Of a DNA stretch of 64,000 bases, positions 61,165-64,000 are shown piece by piece; position 1 is the stretch's first letter, and each line of letters starts with the position of its first letter. Source of the stretch: Utricularia gibba (Eukaryota > Plantae > Magnoliophyta). The notes beneath the pieces were generated by a model. It saw only the letters and a program-made list of their open reading frames with translations. It made no database searches and was not told the DNA's origin. Position numbers and translations under genes: made by a program. The stretch is from positions 3,286,001 to 3,350,000 of the forward strand of contig NEEC01000007.1 of the NCBI GenBank assembly GCA_002189035.1. Reading direction: 5' to 3'.

Positions 61165-64000
61165 TTCTCCGACCCATAAGTTTCAATTAGGGATTAAATA
61201 AGCAATTTATCCGACCCATAAGTTTTGCGAATTGACATATTTGGCCTACAAATTTTTATTGCTATAGAAGACACCTATTTAATAATGAAAAATTTGACCT
61301 GATGAAATTTCAATTTCGGCATATTTGACCCACATAATTTATCGTTTCGATATATTTGACCTACACAGTTAAATCCAGTTAAATAATATTATTATTTTAA
61401 TAAATTATTAAAAAAATAAAAATTTCTATATTTGAAAATTCCTCCAAATAGATTAACAGGTGAATGAACGAATTTCTCCAAGAATTAACCCAAATCATTC
61501 ATTCCCCTAACTCCAACATTTTTTCCTTCTGGGTGAATTTCATGCAGAATCTTTTCCGGCTACTAGAGCTAAATAGCACTGCAATGGAGGGGTTGCAGGG
61601 GGCGGAAGCTAGGGTGCTATTTTTCAGTGGTGTGCCCGATAAGTTGTGGCTGAGGACCAAAAGGGTATGGGTTGCAGATGGCTAAGATTGAAGGACATTT
61701 CCTTTCTATGAAGTATTTAGGCCCCCTTCAACGTCAATGGACTGTTAGTTGAAGGTACCAGATCATTATTTTGACTTATAGGTCAATCTATAAGTGAAGA
61801 AAGGAATAGTAGGTTGTTAAGGTTTCAATAGAGTTGAACCTGCACTCAAACCTGAGGAGGGACTGAAGAGAACCTGTAACACAACTAGGGAAGAGGAAGA
61901 GCATTAAAGAATATATCAGGTAGCGGAGAGGGGTAATTGGGAAAGACAACAGATAGATTTGCTTTTTAGAGAGTCTATCTTATGGGTGTCACTATTATTT
62001 CATTTCATAATTTACGTTGTCTCTCCCTTGTAATTGATAATCAGTTGATTTTGAATGACACTATTTAATAAGGACTGCTAATACCGATTGAATGCTCATC
62101 TTAGTTCAATTTTATTGGAGTTCTTGAAAGTTTGCATTTAGGTATGTTGCGCTTTTAATCTTTGGTTTTCATATTGCAGTTATTGAAAGTTTGCATTCAG
62201 GTTTCTTATCCCTTCCGTGTGTGTGGATCTCTGGAATCGGGAAGATATTTTTTAGGGGGTCAAATGCAATGAAAATGTGTTTTTGACTTCTTGATGAGTC
62301 ATAGAGAAGTGAAAAAAGATGTTTTTTTTTTTATAATCACAACTAGTCTATGGTGCAAATACTATCATAGATTGGGTTTTGCATTGGTTTAAGATAAAAA
62401 AAATGTAACATTTTTTTTTATAATATATTGCACATTGTGAGATTAGTAAAATGTGTGCTTTTTACTTGTAATTTTTTATGGATTAGTGTTATTTCTTCTC
62501 CAGGATTATGTGCTCTTTGTATTATGCTATCACTAAGGGAGCCTTATGTTCTTTGTATGCATGTTTTATAAAGATTTTCCATATGACTTATGTTATGCTT
62601 CGTGTTAGTCCCATCAAAATAATGGGTGTTGGTTGTCCTCTTCAATCTTATTGTTGATTTCTTAGTTGATGTATTTGTAGATATGAATACTTACATGAAG
62701 TATGAAAACAGCTTCAAATTAGACTACGGGAGTGAGGAGGAAGACTATAATCGACGACCAATTGCCCATCGAGAATGATGATTATGGACTATCTTTGCAA
62801 GTTCTTGTATCCGAAGGGGTACAATTGGAAGCTCCTCGCAATGAAACAAGTGAAGACCCTTTGAACATTGTTAAAACGAAAAGCAGTAGTGTTCGAATAT
62901 AAGAACTTGTGTAAGTATAATTTGTTCTGAATAAATTGTATTATTATTGTTTTTAGTATTTAAATTTTGTTTTATTTATAGGGAAGGATAATCTTTGAAT
63001 TGAAAGCCGAGGCTAAAGACACACTTGAAGGATATTGCATGCAGAAAAGAATCCAATTTTGGTTTGAGAAGAATGATAAGCGTCGTTTGATTGCTCGTTG
63101 TAGAGGTAGTGAAGGGGAAACATGTCTGTGGAAGGTGTATGTGAAGATAACACCGATGACAACTTGGGGTGATTATGAAGTCACTCCACATCACCATTGT
63201 AGGCCACATGTGAAAAAATCAGTGAATGTGCGTTGGCTTGGGAAGATGTACATGGATAGGTTCATCGATTATCCGTTGATGAAGGTTGCGGATCCACTTA
63301 CGAATATAAAATGTGATTGGCATGTGAAGGTGTCTACTCACAAGATGAGGAGAGCGAAAGAAAACGCAAGCAAGATGGCTGTGGGAAGTATGAATAATGA
63401 TTTCGAGCACCTATGAAGTTATTGTAAACAATATCGGGTATCGAATGAAGGTGCTTCTATGACAATATTGGAGGTAGACGATAGTGAAGATGGGAAAAGC
63501 AAAATATGCAAAGGAGTTTATTTTTGTATTAAGGTATGCATTTTTGAAATATTTTTTTATATATTTGTGGATTTATTTTCAATTTTGTAGTATTTTTTCT
63601 TACATATTTTTGGTTGATTTATTGTTGAACATTGTATGTTAGAAGTGTTTTTTATTTATTATGTAATGATAAGTTAGCATTTAATTATTGTTGATTTATT
63701 GGATTATGTGATAATATTTGATTCTTTTTTTTTTAGTATTTTCGTGATTATGTTAATTATAGACTTGTAAAGATGGATTATGTATATATAGCCATAATGT
63801 GATTGGAGTTGATAGCACACATACATTGAGTAAATTGAAAGGGAAAGTGCTAGTAGTGATGGCCTCGGATCCGAACAATGGAGTTTTTCCTCTTGCGTGA
63901 GGTGTTGTTGGTAGTGAAACTTTGATGACATGGACTTGGTTCATAAAATTGCTTGATGAAGACTATGATATTCCAGAGGAGACGCAAGAATCGTTTACCA
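61165..64000 (+). mobile_element. mudrA: Second Mutator/MULE element with degenerate transposase, runs off the window
   Basis: GACCCATAAG / GACCTA subterminal repeats at 61170-61370. MuDR domain AKDTLEGYC...NDKRRLIARC...CLWKVY...HHHC at 63000-63416 and MULE motif DPNNGVFPLA*GVVGSETLMTWTWFI at 63860-63960. Confidence 0.8.

Noticed and set aside
1-64000. tRNA, rRNA or snoRNA genes
   Set aside because: None recognised by eye. The only tRNA-related sequences are retrotransposon PBS sites. tRNAscan-SE and Infernal would be needed to exclude them formally.

Overview
Plant (angiosperm, probably eudicot) nuclear DNA with two sharply different halves. Bases 1-23.8 kb are gene-dense: the 3' end of a TVP38/TMEM64 gene, a KH-domain RNA-binding protein, a P-class PPR, an NTF2/SnoaL protein, an ABHD11-like alpha/beta hydrolase, a small DREB-type AP2/ERF, a DUF179 protein and a tandem GST-N/thioredoxin-fold protein. 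A decayed 4-kb PIF/Harbinger element and a Copia remnant interrupt this half. Bases 24-64 kb contain no recognisable host gene and are a nest of transposons (Ty3 Tekay and Athila, Ty1 Copia and Angela, hAT, Mutator). Highlights: (1) a decayed gene joining a Transposase_28 (TRP28)-like domain to an FCP1/NIF CTD-phosphatase domain, flanked by palindromic tandem arrays inside a hAT element; (2) a Mutator element whose transposase is dead but whose 4-exon, 606-codon Plant Mobile Domain gene is fully open; (3) two fold-back inverted repeats at retrotransposon junctions; (4) six single-base deletions, all in G/C homopolymers, breaking five otherwise intact host genes, most likely an assembly artefact. 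All gene models and alignments were read by eye; family assignments rest on motif recognition, not database searches.
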